A stretch of 64,000 bases of DNA from an uncultured Poribacteria bacterium (GTDB taxonomy: Bacteria; Poribacteria; WGA-4E; WGA-3G). Positions within the stretch are counted from its first letter, which is position 1; each line of letters starts with the position of its first letter. The notes beneath the pieces were generated by a model. It saw nothing but the letters and a program-made list of their open reading frames with translations. It was not told the DNA's origin and did not search any database. Shown here piece by piece: positions 48,485 to 58,738 of this stretch. The DNA is taken from NCBI GenBank assembly GCA_951828385.1, contig OX639973.1, forward strand, positions 2,407,200-2,471,199, in the 5' to 3' direction. A program made the translations under genes and the position numbers.

Positions 48485-49906
48485 ATGAACCCGGAAGTGA
48501 TTATAAACAAAATATGCAACGCTATTGATCTGATGATCGAAAGCAGTAAGCGATACAAAGGGCTGTTCCCCTCTATTCTACATCCGAAAACGGGTGAGAT
48601 GCTAACGGAGAAACCGCCTAAGATTCCGGGGCAACGGAATGGTGATCGCGCGCATCTCGGTACGAACTTGATTCACGATGAACCGTTGCTCGCCACGATG
48701 AACGCGCTTGCTGAAACTGAATCGAAACCGGAATACATAGCAGCAGTGGATCGCTACTTGGCGCACTTTGCCCAGCATTGTACGCATACGGCATCTGGAT
48801 TGTTCCCTTGGGGCGAACACTCGTTTTGGCAGCTGATTGAGGAACGGGTCGGGTGTTCGCGGAATCCGGCGGGTGGTGCCGCAATTCACGATCATCTGCG
48901 TCAGGTTCCGCTGTGGCTCTGGCAGAAACTGAGGACGTTTAATCCGGCATGCGTGCAGAGTTTCGCTGATGGCTTGGATTATCACTGGACAGAGGGCGAC
49001 GGACTTGAATATATCCGTCATGCAAATATCGACACAAAAGCACATCTCGTTCGCGGTGCTCGGGCGTGTGATTTTCCACGGCATTCAGGCTTTTATATCT
49101 TGGATTTGGCGTTCGCGTATACGCAAGACCAGCGTCCTGAAATCCATCAACAGATCCAGAATTATACCGATTACTGGTGGGAAAAACGGGATGACCGTGG
49201 GCTTTTACGTATCGAAAGTCGTTCACCCAAAGAGGCGGAACGGTTTTTTGAGACGAATGCACCGACACAAACGTTCTCATTGGGGATTAGCCTGCTTGAA
49301 TCTGCAGCATTGATAACATCGCTTCTCCCCGAATTGGCAGACCAGATGCGGCGATACGGTTTGGTCTACATTGACGGATTTCTCGCGGCACCTCATAACC
49401 TCGACACGCGTGAATTTATCAGTTTATGCGAGTGTGAGACGGATCGGATTGTTGAACGTATGTCGGCATGGGGCAGTGTCTACGGTGCCGGGACTTCGTG
49501 CGGTACCGGGGTGTTATGCCTCGGCGGATGGCGGTTGACACAGAATAAGAGGTTGATGGCGTTGGCACGCGCGATTGGTGAGACCTATCTTGATGAGAAG
49601 TTTCCAGTTGACCGTGTTCAGACGGAAGGGTTTAAGATTCCGGCATCGGACACCGGTCTTACGCTTGAGTTGTTTGCAGATCTCTACGACATCACCGGTG
49701 AAGCAGTGTGGTTGGAAGGCGGCATTGAACTTGCAGAGACAGTGTTGGAAGTCTATTTCCCGGAAACACTGCCCTACGGTGCATCGGGGATAGATTGGTA
49801 TGAATCACAGATGGGAGCGGCTTATTTGATTCACGGTTTGGCACGAGTAGCACTATTATCACGGCATCGAACCTGTCCGCTCGCGCCCAATTATACAGCG
49901 CGATAG
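48485..49906 (+). CDS. Hypothetical protein, probable (alpha/alpha) toroid carbohydrate-active fold
   Basis: 473-aa ORF, GGAGGT RBS, GLFPWGEH and DFPRHSG motifs; lies next to sugar isomerases. Confidence 0.6.
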   Translation: MNPEVIINKICNAIDLMIESSKRYKGLFPSILHPKTGEMLTEKPPKIPGQRNGDRAHLGTNLIHDEPLLATMNALAETESKPEYIAAVDRYLAHFAQHCTHTASGLFPWGEHSFWQLIEERVGCSRNPAGGAAIHDHLRQVPLWLWQKLRTFNPACVQSFADGLDYHWTEGDGLEYIRHANIDTKAHLVRGARACDFPRHSGFYILDLAFAYTQDQRPEIHQQIQNYTDYWWEKRDDRGLLRIESRSPKEAERFFETNAPTQTFSLGISLLESAALITSLLPELADQMRRYGLVYIDGFLAAPHNLDTREFISLCECETDRIVERMSAWGSVYGAGTSCGTGVLCLGGWRLTQNKRLMALARAIGETYLDEKFPVDRVQTEGFKIPASDTGLTLELFADLYDITGEAVWLEGGIELAETVLEVYFPETLPYGASGIDWYESQMGAAYLIHGLARVALLSRHRTCPLAPNYTAR

Positions 49907-50006
49907 GCGCACTGAAATGGCAAGGAGCACCCTCCTTTTTTATCAGTTAATAAATTTTATCAGCAGAGCGCATTATGCTTCTATGAAATAACATGAAAGG
50001 AAAATC

Positions 50007-50783
50007 ATGGCAAGAGTACCGATTGGTTTAGAACTGTTTTCTGTCCGAAATGAGTTAGCGGAGGATACCCGCGGCACGATAAAAGCGGTCGCAGAGATGG
50101 GCTACGAAGGTGTTGAATTCGCCGGTCCACCCCAACATCCCGCGCAAGAGTTGAAAGGCTATCTTGACGAGTTCGGCTTGGTCTGCTGTGGTTGGCACAC
50201 ACCGTTCAACCTCGTCCAAGAAGACACCCTCGCCGAAACGATTGAGTTCAACAAGGTTCTGGAGAACCGTTATGTCATCGTCCCCGGTATACCGGGCGAA
50301 CTGCGTCAGTCGCGTGCGGATTGGCTGAAATTGGCGGATGTCTTCAATGAGATCGCTGATAAACTCGCCGCGCACGATATGGTGACGGGGTATCATAACC
50401 ACCACGTCGAGTTTACACCGCTTGATGGTGAACAACCGTGGGACACCTTCTTCGGAAATACGAATGAAGGCGTTGTGATGCAGCTGGACATGGGCAATGC
50501 GTTGTCTGGGGGTGCGGATCTCGTCGGCATTCTGGAGAGATATCCCGGACGCGCCGGCACAGTCCATCTCAAACCTTACGACGCATTAATAGGTGAGACA
50601 GACAGACACGCCGGTTTCCGTCCGATTATCGGTGAGGACAGTGTACCCTGGGATGAGATCTTCCGTATCTGCGAAACGACCGGTGGCACGGAATGGTACA
50701 TCGTCGAATATGAAAGCGATGCCTACCCGCCAATTGAGTCTGTTGAACGCTGTCTAACTGCACTCAAGGAAATGGGTAAATAG
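50007..50783 (+). CDS. Sugar phosphate isomerase/epimerase
   Basis: GYEGVEFAG, YHNH..EF, QLD.G, VHLK, W.IVEYE. Confidence 0.9.
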   Translation: MARVPIGLELFSVRNELAEDTRGTIKAVAEMGYEGVEFAGPPQHPAQELKGYLDEFGLVCCGWHTPFNLVQEDTLAETIEFNKVLENRYVIVPGIPGELRQSRADWLKLADVFNEIADKLAAHDMVTGYHNHHVEFTPLDGEQPWDTFFGNTNEGVVMQLDMGNALSGGADLVGILERYPGRAGTVHLKPYDALIGETDRHAGFRPIIGEDSVPWDEIFRICETTGGTEWYIVEYESDAYPPIESVERCLTALKEMGK

Positions 50784-50800
50784 CCGCCAGCCATCGTTGA

Positions 50801-50864
50801 TTTTGTAGCATAATTTGTTAGATTGTGGCTATGAGAGCGCAGACTAACAGTCTACGCTACAAAA
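50801..50864. repeat. GTAGC-type REP doublet
   Basis: TTTTGTAGCA...hairpin...hairpin...GCTACAAAA; same family as the units inside the 5921, 19057, 44405 and 61611 elements. Confidence 0.65.
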
Positions 50865-50917
50865 TTCCTGTGAATAATGAACCCGTTAAACAATTAGGTT
50901 CCAACCGGAGTAGACTT

Positions 50918-51676
50918 ATGAAAGCTTATTGTGCAAGCACCCTTCCATTTTCCCCTTTTCCTTTGACGGAATTTGTGAGCGAGTTATCTGAAGGCGGTGT
51001 GTCTGCCATTGAACTCGCGCAAACCCATTTTTCGGATGTGGAAGCCGAAGCTATTGAGGCACTTCGAGAAGAGACTGGACTCAATTTCAAATCCATGCTA
51101 AGCACGGTACGCGTTGACGCGCCAGATGGGCTTGAAGCGTTAATCTCGATTCTTGACACTGCCCAAAGGCTTTCCGTTCCAATCGTCAGCATCGCGAGTG
51201 GTGGCAATGAAACCGCCACCGCTCGCGAGATTGACACGATTATTGAGCATCTCAAGACAGTCACAGCAGAAGCACAGGCTCGGAATCTAACCCTTGTCCT
51301 CTATGTGCATGAAGGGAGTCTCGCCTACAACCTTGAACGCACGCAGATGATCCTTAACGCGATCCCTTCCGAAAATCTTGGCTTTTACTACAGTCCATTT
51401 CATTTTCATCGCGCTGGAGACGATCCGGTTGTCGCTTTGCGAACGTTGTCAGAACGGCTGGTTAGCGTCTATTTCAACTGTGGTGTCGATTCGCAAACAG
51501 GCAGCGAACCGTTCTGGGCACCAGAGATGGATTTTCCTGCCATTTGCCAGGAAATAGACCGTGTCGGTTACACAGAAGAAATCATGCTCATCTATTTAGG
51601 ATTGAAGGCGGAGACACCACAACCAATTATTGAAGGTGTCTTAAACGCACGTGCGAAGTTAGAGACCTACTTTTAA
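50918..51676 (+). CDS. Divergent sugar phosphate isomerase/epimerase-like TIM barrel
   Basis: AIEL, H.GS, ENLG..Y.P.HF...G.DP pattern. Confidence 0.7.
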   Translation: MKAYCASTLPFSPFPLTEFVSELSEGGVSAIELAQTHFSDVEAEAIEALREETGLNFKSMLSTVRVDAPDGLEALISILDTAQRLSVPIVSIASGGNETATAREIDTIIEHLKTVTAEAQARNLTLVLYVHEGSLAYNLERTQMILNAIPSENLGFYYSPFHFHRAGDDPVVALRTLSERLVSVYFNCGVDSQTGSEPFWAPEMDFPAICQEIDRVGYTEEIMLIYLGLKAETPQPIIEGVLNARAKLETYF

Positions 51677-51747
51677 CACTCCCTCGTCAAATCCCCATGC
51701 TTTAGCTTGCGGGATGTAGACGGCGAAGACTCTGATAGAAAACATAG

Positions 51748-51776
51748 TTGACAATCTAATCATAATGTGGTATAAT
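51748..51776 (+). promoter_or_regulatory. Consensus sigma70 promoter inside the IS left end
   Basis: TTGACA-17nt-TATAAT with extended TG. Confidence 0.85.
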
Positions 51777-51809
51777 ATACTATACACTATAATAGAAAGG
51801 TCCGATATT

Positions 51810-52229
51810 ATGCCTCTCAAAATCGCTAATAAGAAACGTAATTACAAAACAAGCAACAAGACAATCTATAGTTGTCAATATCACGTGATTTGGTGTACCA
51901 AGTATCGTCGTAAAGTTTTGGATACACAGATACAAGGTCGCCTGAAACAACTCATACGAGAAAAACAGGACGCGTATGAATATCAAATCTGTGAGGTTGA
52001 AACTCAACCTGAACATGTCCATTTGCTAATAGAAATACCGCCAATACATTCTATTGATAAAATCGTTGGCAAAATCAAAGCCTATACCGCTAAAGTTTTG
52101 CGAGAAGAATATCCGTCATTGAAAAGTCGTTTACCCTCTCTGTGGACACGTTCAAAATTTGTAAGTTCTTGTGGAGGTGTAACGCTCCAAGTCATGAAGG
52201 ACTATATTGAAGGCCAAAGTGGACAATGA
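51810..52229 (+). CDS. tnpA: IS200/IS605 Y1 HUH transposase
   Basis: YHVIWCTKYRRKVL, HVHLL, LWTRS, YIE.Q. Confidence 0.95.
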   Translation: MPLKIANKKRNYKTSNKTIYSCQYHVIWCTKYRRKVLDTQIQGRLKQLIREKQDAYEYQICEVETQPEHVHLLIEIPPIHSIDKIVGKIKAYTAKVLREEYPSLKSRLPSLWTRSKFVSSCGGVTLQVMKDYIEGQSGQ

Positions 52230-53338
52230 GAAAAGCCAGCAAGTTCAAACTTCAGAATCAATCGAACATCGTCAAAATCGGCAATATGCTTGACGATATG
52301 TGGCAGATACACCTGCATATCATGCTTTTACAGCGTAGGTATTATCGCATGTTCGGTAAAAACCTGTCCGCATCTCGGATCAACACACATATTGCGAAAC
52401 TCAAGAAGCGGACAAAACCCCATTGGGCAGACTTGCCGAGTCAAGTTGTGCAAGACGTTGTTCTGCGATATGGCAAATCACAAGACGCATTTTTCCAAAA
52501 CATAGAAGACCGCAAAGCAGGTAAGACGAGACGTAAAGTGGGTAGACCGAAGATCAAACCGAGACACAAATACACCTCTATGACGTTCACACAAGCCGGC
52601 TACACACTTGAAAACAATCGTATCAAAATCAACTGTATAGATACGTGGTTCTCCTTCCACAAACACCGTGAAATCAACGGAACAATCAAGACGATCACAC
52701 TCAAACGGGACAGGTGCGGTGACTATTGGCTCTGCTTTTCGTGCGAGAATGTTGACGATTCGGAACCGAAACCCAAGACGGGTAAGAGCGCAGGGTTTGA
52801 TTACGGAAACAAAACATTCCTGACAAGCGACGAAGGCGATAAGATAGAATCTCCGCAGTTTTTCAAAGAATCCCTGAAAACGTTGCGATCCCTGAGCAAA
52901 GCCCTGAGTCGTAAAGTCAAAGGTTCTAACAACTATTATCGTGCGTGTCGTGCTTTGGCAAGGCACCACAGAAAAGTCGCCCGCCAAAGAGCAGATTGGC
53001 AATGGAAACTTGCCACCAAACTTTGCACGGAGTTTGATATACTCTGTTTTGAAACACTGAATCTTGACGGTATGAAACGCCTTTGGGGCCGCAAAGTCTC
53101 TGACCATGCCTTCTATCAGTTCATAGAGATATTGAAGCAGAAGTGTGCCAAACATGGTAAAAAACTTGAGCAAATCAGTCAATGGACTGCGACAACAAAA
53201 CCGTGCAGTGATTGTGGATACAAAAATGAAAACCTTTCTCTTTCAGATAGACAGTGGACATGTCCGGAATGTGGTTCACACCACGATAGAGACGTAAACG
53301 CTGCGATTAATATCAAACGGGCGGGCTTGGCCGCCTAA
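52226..53338 (+). CDS. tnpB: RNA-guided endonuclease TnpB
   Basis: RuvC GFDYG, FETL, DRDVNAAINI; zinc finger CSDC/CPEC. Confidence 0.95.
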   Translation: MRKASKFKLQNQSNIVKIGNMLDDMWQIHLHIMLLQRRYYRMFGKNLSASRINTHIAKLKKRTKPHWADLPSQVVQDVVLRYGKSQDAFFQNIEDRKAGKTRRKVGRPKIKPRHKYTSMTFTQAGYTLENNRIKINCIDTWFSFHKHREINGTIKTITLKRDRCGDYWLCFSCENVDDSEPKPKTGKSAGFDYGNKTFLTSDEGDKIESPQFFKESLKTLRSLSKALSRKVKGSNNYYRACRALARHHRKVARQRADWQWKLATKLCTEFDILCFETLNLDGMKRLWGRKVSDHAFYQFIEILKQKCAKHGKKLEQISQWTATTKPCSDCGYKNENLSLSDRQWTCPECGSHHDRDVNAAINIKRAGLAA

Positions 53339-53434
53339 AGTGGAGCGATACTAAGACGGGTTTTCTCTTAGAGAAAAGCGCAGTCGCGAGGAAGCACAGG
53401 TTTCCCCTACCTTCAGGTAGTGGGTACCTATGAC
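53290..53434 (+). ncRNA. Predicted TnpB omega/reRNA scaffold (limits approximate)
   Basis: Expected position overlapping the tnpB 3' end and right end; hairpins TTTTCTCTTAGAGAAAA and CTACCTTCAGGTAG. Confidence 0.55.
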
Positions 53435-53828
53435 TTAAAGACACTTCATACCTGTGGTCTCTCAAAACTCAACGCCAATGTGCTGTTTGTTTTTTCCAAA
53501 TTTCTTTAGCGTATTCCTATAATTACTCCCGCTTCTCAAAAACCCTTTCAAAAGTGTTCAAACGTCTTTCACGGACACTCATTGTGTGTTTTCCCTCCGC
53601 AATCGGGGTTTATCCTGCGTTCAGAACCGATACTCGCAGAACAACTTCTAAAAACCCTGATTTTTTATTTTTTTTTTTCAAATGATGTGAGTTTTCCGTC
53701 CAAAGCTTCGTCTTTAATAATAGAAGGTATGAACCGTATCGCCCTACGTAGTTTTACAAGATGCGGCATCTGATTAAACCTTTCGGCGGATACGGACACG
53801 CCCCCACTGTTTATTGGAAGGACACCTT

Positions 53829-56351
53829 GTGGAAAAAGAAAATGATGTTCAACTGATTCAAAGAATATTATCAGGCGATGAAGCAGCGTTTGATGTCTTG
53901 GTCCAAAGGCACCAGAAGAGCGTGCACGCCTTGGCGTGGCGGAAGATCGGCGATTTCCATGATGCTGAGGAGATTACACAGGACACATTCCTTCAGGTAT
54001 ACAAAAAACTCCCGACACTCAAGGACCCTTATAAATTTGCTGGGTGGTTGTATGTCATCACAAATCGGCTTTGTCTTGATCGGATGCGGCAGAAAAACCT
54101 TACGATACAATCGTTGGAGGACACACCTGTGGAAGAAGTTGAAAAATCCTCTTATACCCATCACGTATCGGAACAACGGCATACAGAAATCACCGAGCGT
54201 CGTCGTGCTATCGTCAAAAAACTTCTCGAAAAACTCCCAGAGAGTGAACGGACAGTCATGATCCTCCATTATCTCGGCGAAATGACGGTGAAAGAAATTA
54301 GCAAGTTCCTGGGCATCTCTGCAAACGCAATTCATAACCGGCTGTATCGGGCACGAAAGCGGTTACAAGAGGAAGAATCCCTCCTTGTTGAAGAAGTTCT
54401 CGGTGGTGTGCAGATACCGGCGAGTGTCAGCCAAAACATTATGCAGCGGGTCGCTGACATAAAACTCGCGCCGCAAACAACTCCAAAACCCGTTACTCCG
54501 TGGATCGCTTTCGGTACCGTTTTCCTTCTGCTTGCATTACTCCTTGGGGCGAGCAATCAATACCTCACCCGTTTTCAGAAACCGTACAGTTTCGAGGCGA
54601 CATCTGAACCGACCATCGCCATCGTTGACGCCCCCGTCGTTCTTGAGACCGACGCGAAACCCGCACTGCGAAGTCAAGTTGGACAGGATACCGCCTTAAA
54701 TCAAAGAACTGGTGCAGGCTTACATGGATCTGAAACTGTCTCAACAACGGGGTTACCGAAGCAGCCAGAAAATATTGAGGCATGGATGCCAGATGAAAAT
54801 CTACGTCGGGCTATCAAATCTGAACTCAAACTTGGCGATATTCCGCTTGAGATAGCACATCTCCGGCAACTTGAGCGGTTACTCAGTATTGGGGACAGCA
54901 TAGAAAGTATTGTCGGCTTAGAACATGCTGTCAATCTTAAAATTCTACATCTTGCGCCCAACAAAATCTCGGATCTCACACCACTCGCGAACCTACACAA
55001 CCTTCGGATACTGAAGCTCTATCTCAACAGACTTGTAGACGTTTCACCCCTTGCGGGATTAGTAGGTTTAGAGACTTTGCATCTACAAAATAACGAGATC
55101 GTTGACATCTCACCCCTTGCCGGACTCGTCAACCTAAGGGATTTACAACTCGATGGCAATCACATCGAATATTTTTCACCGCTCGCCGGATTAACAAAAC
55201 TTCAGGTCCTTAGGATTAACGACAACAGAGCGATCGATATTTCATCTATCCGGACATCCAATTTGACAGAATTTCTGTATGATCCGACCTTTAATATCCC
55301 AGAGATTCCGAACCGTGACCGGATCATGGCTCGCCAGTATCCATCCGTTTTCGCAGCCTTGCATAACATCGTCAATTTACCGACGCTCTCATGGGACGAA
55401 AGATTAGTCTACCACGACCTGTATTTCTCTAACCCTATGTTTGGGCTTCATTGGCGGTGGACTCCTACAAGAATGAAAATCTCTGGAAATTTTCGGACAG
55501 CAAAGCAACAGCGAAATACGATGCTTAAAGAGAATCCAAATATGATTTTTCTCGTCGGGATTTATCACTATGGTACACAAGATACATTCGTTCAGCAGGC
55601 TGTTGAAGTTGCCAAATGTGGCATCTATGATGGTATCTTTTTAAATTGGTGGCAAGGCGAAAGGGTTGATGCAAAAGTTGCTATACTGCAGAAAATTCGT
55701 GAAGTGGTTAGAGATGATTTTCTCATTATCGTCAACGGGCTTCGTTCTAAAGCGCCACACTTAGCCCCCTATGTCAATGGCACATTCATGGAAACGAGAC
55801 GGGACCATCCACAGAGTTACACGCATACCGAACTTCAAGAGATTGAAAGCACTTTGCTATGGTCAGAGAAAAATCTTCGATCTCCACAGATTAATTCCTT
55901 AGAGGGTTGGGGACTCGCTGAAGAACCCTTAGATTCACCGCGTAACCAGCAATGGATGCGGGTCTTTACAACCTTGAGTTTAACGCATTCTGACGGCTAT
56001 GTTTCATACGTAACGGGGATTTCATCACTCAACCACACACATCATTATCCCATTTGGAAGGGACATTCCGACGAACACGCACAAGGAAAACTACACGATC
56101 ATACGCATCAGCACTACTGGTATGATTTCTGGGATGCGGATCTCGGCCAGCCAATAGGTGGAAAAGGACAGCGCTACCGCGATCGCGCTGGGTTATTCAT
56201 TCGGGAGTTTACCAACGGATGGGTAGTCTATAACCGCAGCGGGAAAGCACAGCGGATCCAGTTGCCGATGCAAGTCGCTGGTGTTACGAGTGGTATCACC
56301 AGCACATCACATCCTGTCCCTGATTTAGACGGTGAGATCTTCCTAAAGTAG
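53829..56351 (+). CDS. ECF sigma-70 factor fused via a TM helix to LRR and glycoside-hydrolase-like domains
   Basis: DAEEITQDTF (region 2), LP..ER....L.YL..MTVKEI...LG....RL.RARKRL (region 4), TM WIAFGTVFLLLALLLG, internalin-type LRRs; GTG start. Confidence 0.9.
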   Translation: MEKENDVQLIQRILSGDEAAFDVLVQRHQKSVHALAWRKIGDFHDAEEITQDTFLQVYKKLPTLKDPYKFAGWLYVITNRLCLDRMRQKNLTIQSLEDTPVEEVEKSSYTHHVSEQRHTEITERRRAIVKKLLEKLPESERTVMILHYLGEMTVKEISKFLGISANAIHNRLYRARKRLQEEESLLVEEVLGGVQIPASVSQNIMQRVADIKLAPQTTPKPVTPWIAFGTVFLLLALLLGASNQYLTRFQKPYSFEATSEPTIAIVDAPVVLETDAKPALRSQVGQDTALNQRTGAGLHGSETVSTTGLPKQPENIEAWMPDENLRRAIKSELKLGDIPLEIAHLRQLERLLSIGDSIESIVGLEHAVNLKILHLAPNKISDLTPLANLHNLRILKLYLNRLVDVSPLAGLVGLETLHLQNNEIVDISPLAGLVNLRDLQLDGNHIEYFSPLAGLTKLQVLRINDNRAIDISSIRTSNLTEFLYDPTFNIPEIPNRDRIMARQYPSVFAALHNIVNLPTLSWDERLVYHDLYFSNPMFGLHWRWTPTRMKISGNFRTAKQQRNTMLKENPNMIFLVGIYHYGTQDTFVQQAVEVAKCGIYDGIFLNWWQGERVDAKVAILQKIREVVRDDFLIIVNGLRSKAPHLAPYVNGTFMETRRDHPQSYTHTELQEIESTLLWSEKNLRSPQINSLEGWGLAEEPLDSPRNQQWMRVFTTLSLTHSDGYVSYVTGISSLNHTHHYPIWKGHSDEHAQGKLHDHTHQHYWYDFWDADLGQPIGGKGQRYRDRAGLFIREFTNGWVVYNRSGKAQRIQLPMQVAGVTSGITSTSHPVPDLDGEIFLK

Positions 56352-56482
56352 CGACATCGCCTACAGATGCCGATAGCGATGGAACGTCAACATCTTTAAC
56401 CCCGTTGCCATCGAAAATAGTTTTTATAGTGAAGCCCGAAAATATGTGAACATTCCACGGTAGAGATCCGCACGCCCCACTC

Positions 56483-56509
56483 GTAGGGGTTGGGTTACCC
56501 AACCCCTAC
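56483..56509. repeat. 27-bp GTAG-type REP palindrome
   Basis: GTAGGGGTTGGGTTACCCAACCCCTAC. Confidence 0.75.
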
Positions 56510-56601
56510 GGTGCCCCGCGGATGCACAAATAATTATGGGCTTTACTATAACTCCAGAGAGACAAACGAATTCCTACTACCCATATAGGAGAATACGCCT
56601 T

Positions 56602-58602
56602 GTGAAAATTAATAGATTCATATTTGCAATTATATTCACCGGATTGCTACTGATTGTCACACCCGGAGGCATCACACACGCCCAAGAATGGATGCCGGAT
56701 GCGATCCTCCGCCATGCCATCTCCGAGAAGTTGGGGATTGAAACACTAACGATTGCGGATATGCAACGCCTCGATCACTTTGTGGCTGATGGTAAATTCA
56801 AGGCTGATCTTAGAGAAATTCAGAGTCTTAAAGGGTTGGAACACGCCATCAATCTTAAATTCTTAGCCATCAATTTTACGAAAGTGTCGGATATAACACC
56901 GCTTGCGGGACTCGAAAATTTACGCGGCTTAGGGTTGGGTCATAATAGGATTACGGATATAACACCCCTCGCCGGTTTGATACACTTACAAGAGTTGAAC
57001 TTGCAAGATAACCAGATTTCAGATACTTCGCCGCTTAAAGGGTTGGTGAACCTCAAAGTGTTGGACTTAGCAGGAAATCAGATCGTCGATTTTACACCGA
57101 TTTATGGGCTTACCGGCATAGAAACATTACGTCTGGGTCTGACAGGATCAGGGATATCTTTAGACTCAGAAGTCTTGCAGAGGCTGAATCCGGTAGACGG
57201 GCCAGTTGTTTGTGAAATAGCAAGAGCACCTATACACTCTCGCCTTGAAAACATAACGTACCCATCAGTTTTTCAAGCCTGTGGGGATATAATCAATCTG
57301 CCAGAACTTTCGCGGGCGGAGGGGATAGCGTATCACGATCTGTTTTTCTGCCGTGAAACATTCGGGTGGACTTGGATTCCTACGTCAGGCGGAAAACTGA
57401 GATTAAGAGGAGACCTTGAGGAGGCCACGAGAGCAACAGATCAAATACGCTCTCAGAATCCAAATATGCTTTTCCTTACAAGCATAGAGTACTATGTTGC
57501 GAATCGAGACGAATATCCAGAAGATTGGCCATATTGGTTCAGAAATGGATCCGGAAATAGATTAGAAATTACGGGATGGGATCAATATGTAAAAGACTTC
57601 ACGCATCCTGCTGTGCAAGAGATGGTTATCCAACAAGCGATTGAAGTTGCAAAATGTGGGGTTTTTGACGGAATTGCCATAGATCATTGGGCGAAGGCAC
57701 TTGAAGGATATATAACCGTAGAAGAAGCCGATACCGCAAAGGATCGTATCATACAAGGGATTCGTGATGCTGTTGGTGAGGATTTCTTGATACTGGTAAC
57801 GACGACTAACACGATTGGCACGACTATTCCGAGGCATGCGGAATATATCAATGGACTTTTCATGGAAACTTATGAAGATTATGAGGGCGGTTATACCTAC
57901 GCAAAACTTTCTGAAATTGAAAGCACGCTGTTGTGGGCTGAAGAAAACCTCCGAGAGCCGCAAATCAACTGTTTGGCAGGCAGGGGCGTTAGGAGCGAAC
58001 CGCTGGATTCTCCGAGAAATCTACAATGGATGCGTCTGTGGACGACGATGAGTTTGACGCATTCAGATGGCTATGTCATGTTTACTATGGGAGGTGGCCT
58101 TGACCATCCCCCCCACGTCTTTGAATTTTTGCCGGGTCATGCGGATGCTCATGCACAGGGCATACGTCACACTCACCAAAACACGAAGTACTGGTACGAC
58201 TTCTGGGAGGCGGATCTCGGTCAACCGGTTGGTGGCGACGAAACCAAAGCGCAGCTTTATGAGGATCGCGAGGGGTTGTTTATCCGGGAGTTCACTAACG
58301 GTTGGGCGGTGTATAATCGGTCTGGTACAGCACAGGAGATAGAACTTCCGCAGGCGGTTTCCGGCTGGTCGAGCGGTGTGGAGAATCAACACCGGCATAC
58401 GTTGGCGGATTTGGACGGTGAGATTTATTTGAAGGTGCCCGTCGTGATGGCGGATGTCAATGGTGATGGCACGGTGAATGTGTTGGACCTCGTCATCGTC
58501 GCTAATGCGTTGGGGGAAGCGGCACCGGATATCAATGGCGATGGCACCGTTGATGTCTTAGATTTAGTGTTGGTCGCGAACGCCTTCAAAGACCCCCAAT
58601 AA
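56602..58602 (+). CDS. Secreted LRR + putative glycoside-hydrolase-like + dockerin-like protein
   Basis: Signal peptide (GTG start, AGGAG RBS), LRRs, FDGIAID...[20 protein letters not shown] twice. Confidence 0.85.
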   Translation: MKINRFIFAIIFTGLLLIVTPGGITHAQEWMPDAILRHAISEKLGIETLTIADMQRLDHFVADGKFKADLREIQSLKGLEHAINLKFLAINFTKVSDITPLAGLENLRGLGLGHNRITDITPLAGLIHLQELNLQDNQISDTSPLKGLVNLKVLDLAGNQIVDFTPIYGLTGIETLRLGLTGSGISLDSEVLQRLNPVDGPVVCEIARAPIHSRLENITYPSVFQACGDIINLPELSRAEGIAYHDLFFCRETFGWTWIPTSGGKLRLRGDLEEATRATDQIRSQNPNMLFLTSIEYYVANRDEYPEDWPYWFRNGSGNRLEITGWDQYVKDFTHPAVQEMVIQQAIEVAKCGVFDGIAIDHWAKALEGYITVEEADTAKDRIIQGIRDAVGEDFLILVTTTNTIGTTIPRHAEYINGLFMETYEDYEGGYTYAKLSEIESTLLWAEENLREPQINCLAGRGVRSEPLDSPRNLQWMRLWTTMSLTHSDGYVMFTMGGGLDHPPHVFEFLPGHADAHAQGIRHTHQNTKYWYDFWEADLGQPVGGDETKAQLYEDREGLFIREFTNGWAVYNRSGTAQEIELPQAVSGWSSGVENQHRHTLADLDGEIYLKVPVVMADVNGDGTVNVLDLVIVANALGEAAPDINGDGTVDVLDLVLVANAFKDPQ

Positions 58603-58738
58603 GTATGAGTCATGCGACATCATTTATCGGAAATAGTATAAGATCCACCCTAATTCCATAAAAAAGGTTCTGTTTATACAAAAGATTACGCGATTATTTA
58701 TCAAAGTTACGTTACACAAACGAATGAGGTAAAGCCCT

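Larger units (their letters stand above)
51677..53434 (+). mobile_element. IS200/IS605-family element (ends approximate)
   Basis: tnpA+tnpB overlapping at ATGA; subterminal hairpins ATCCCCATGCTTTAGCTTGCGGGAT and CCCCTACCTTCAGGTAGTGGG. Confidence 0.9.

Noticed and set aside
52478-53182. 234-aa minus-strand ORF
   Set aside because: Antisense to tnpB; no independent evidence
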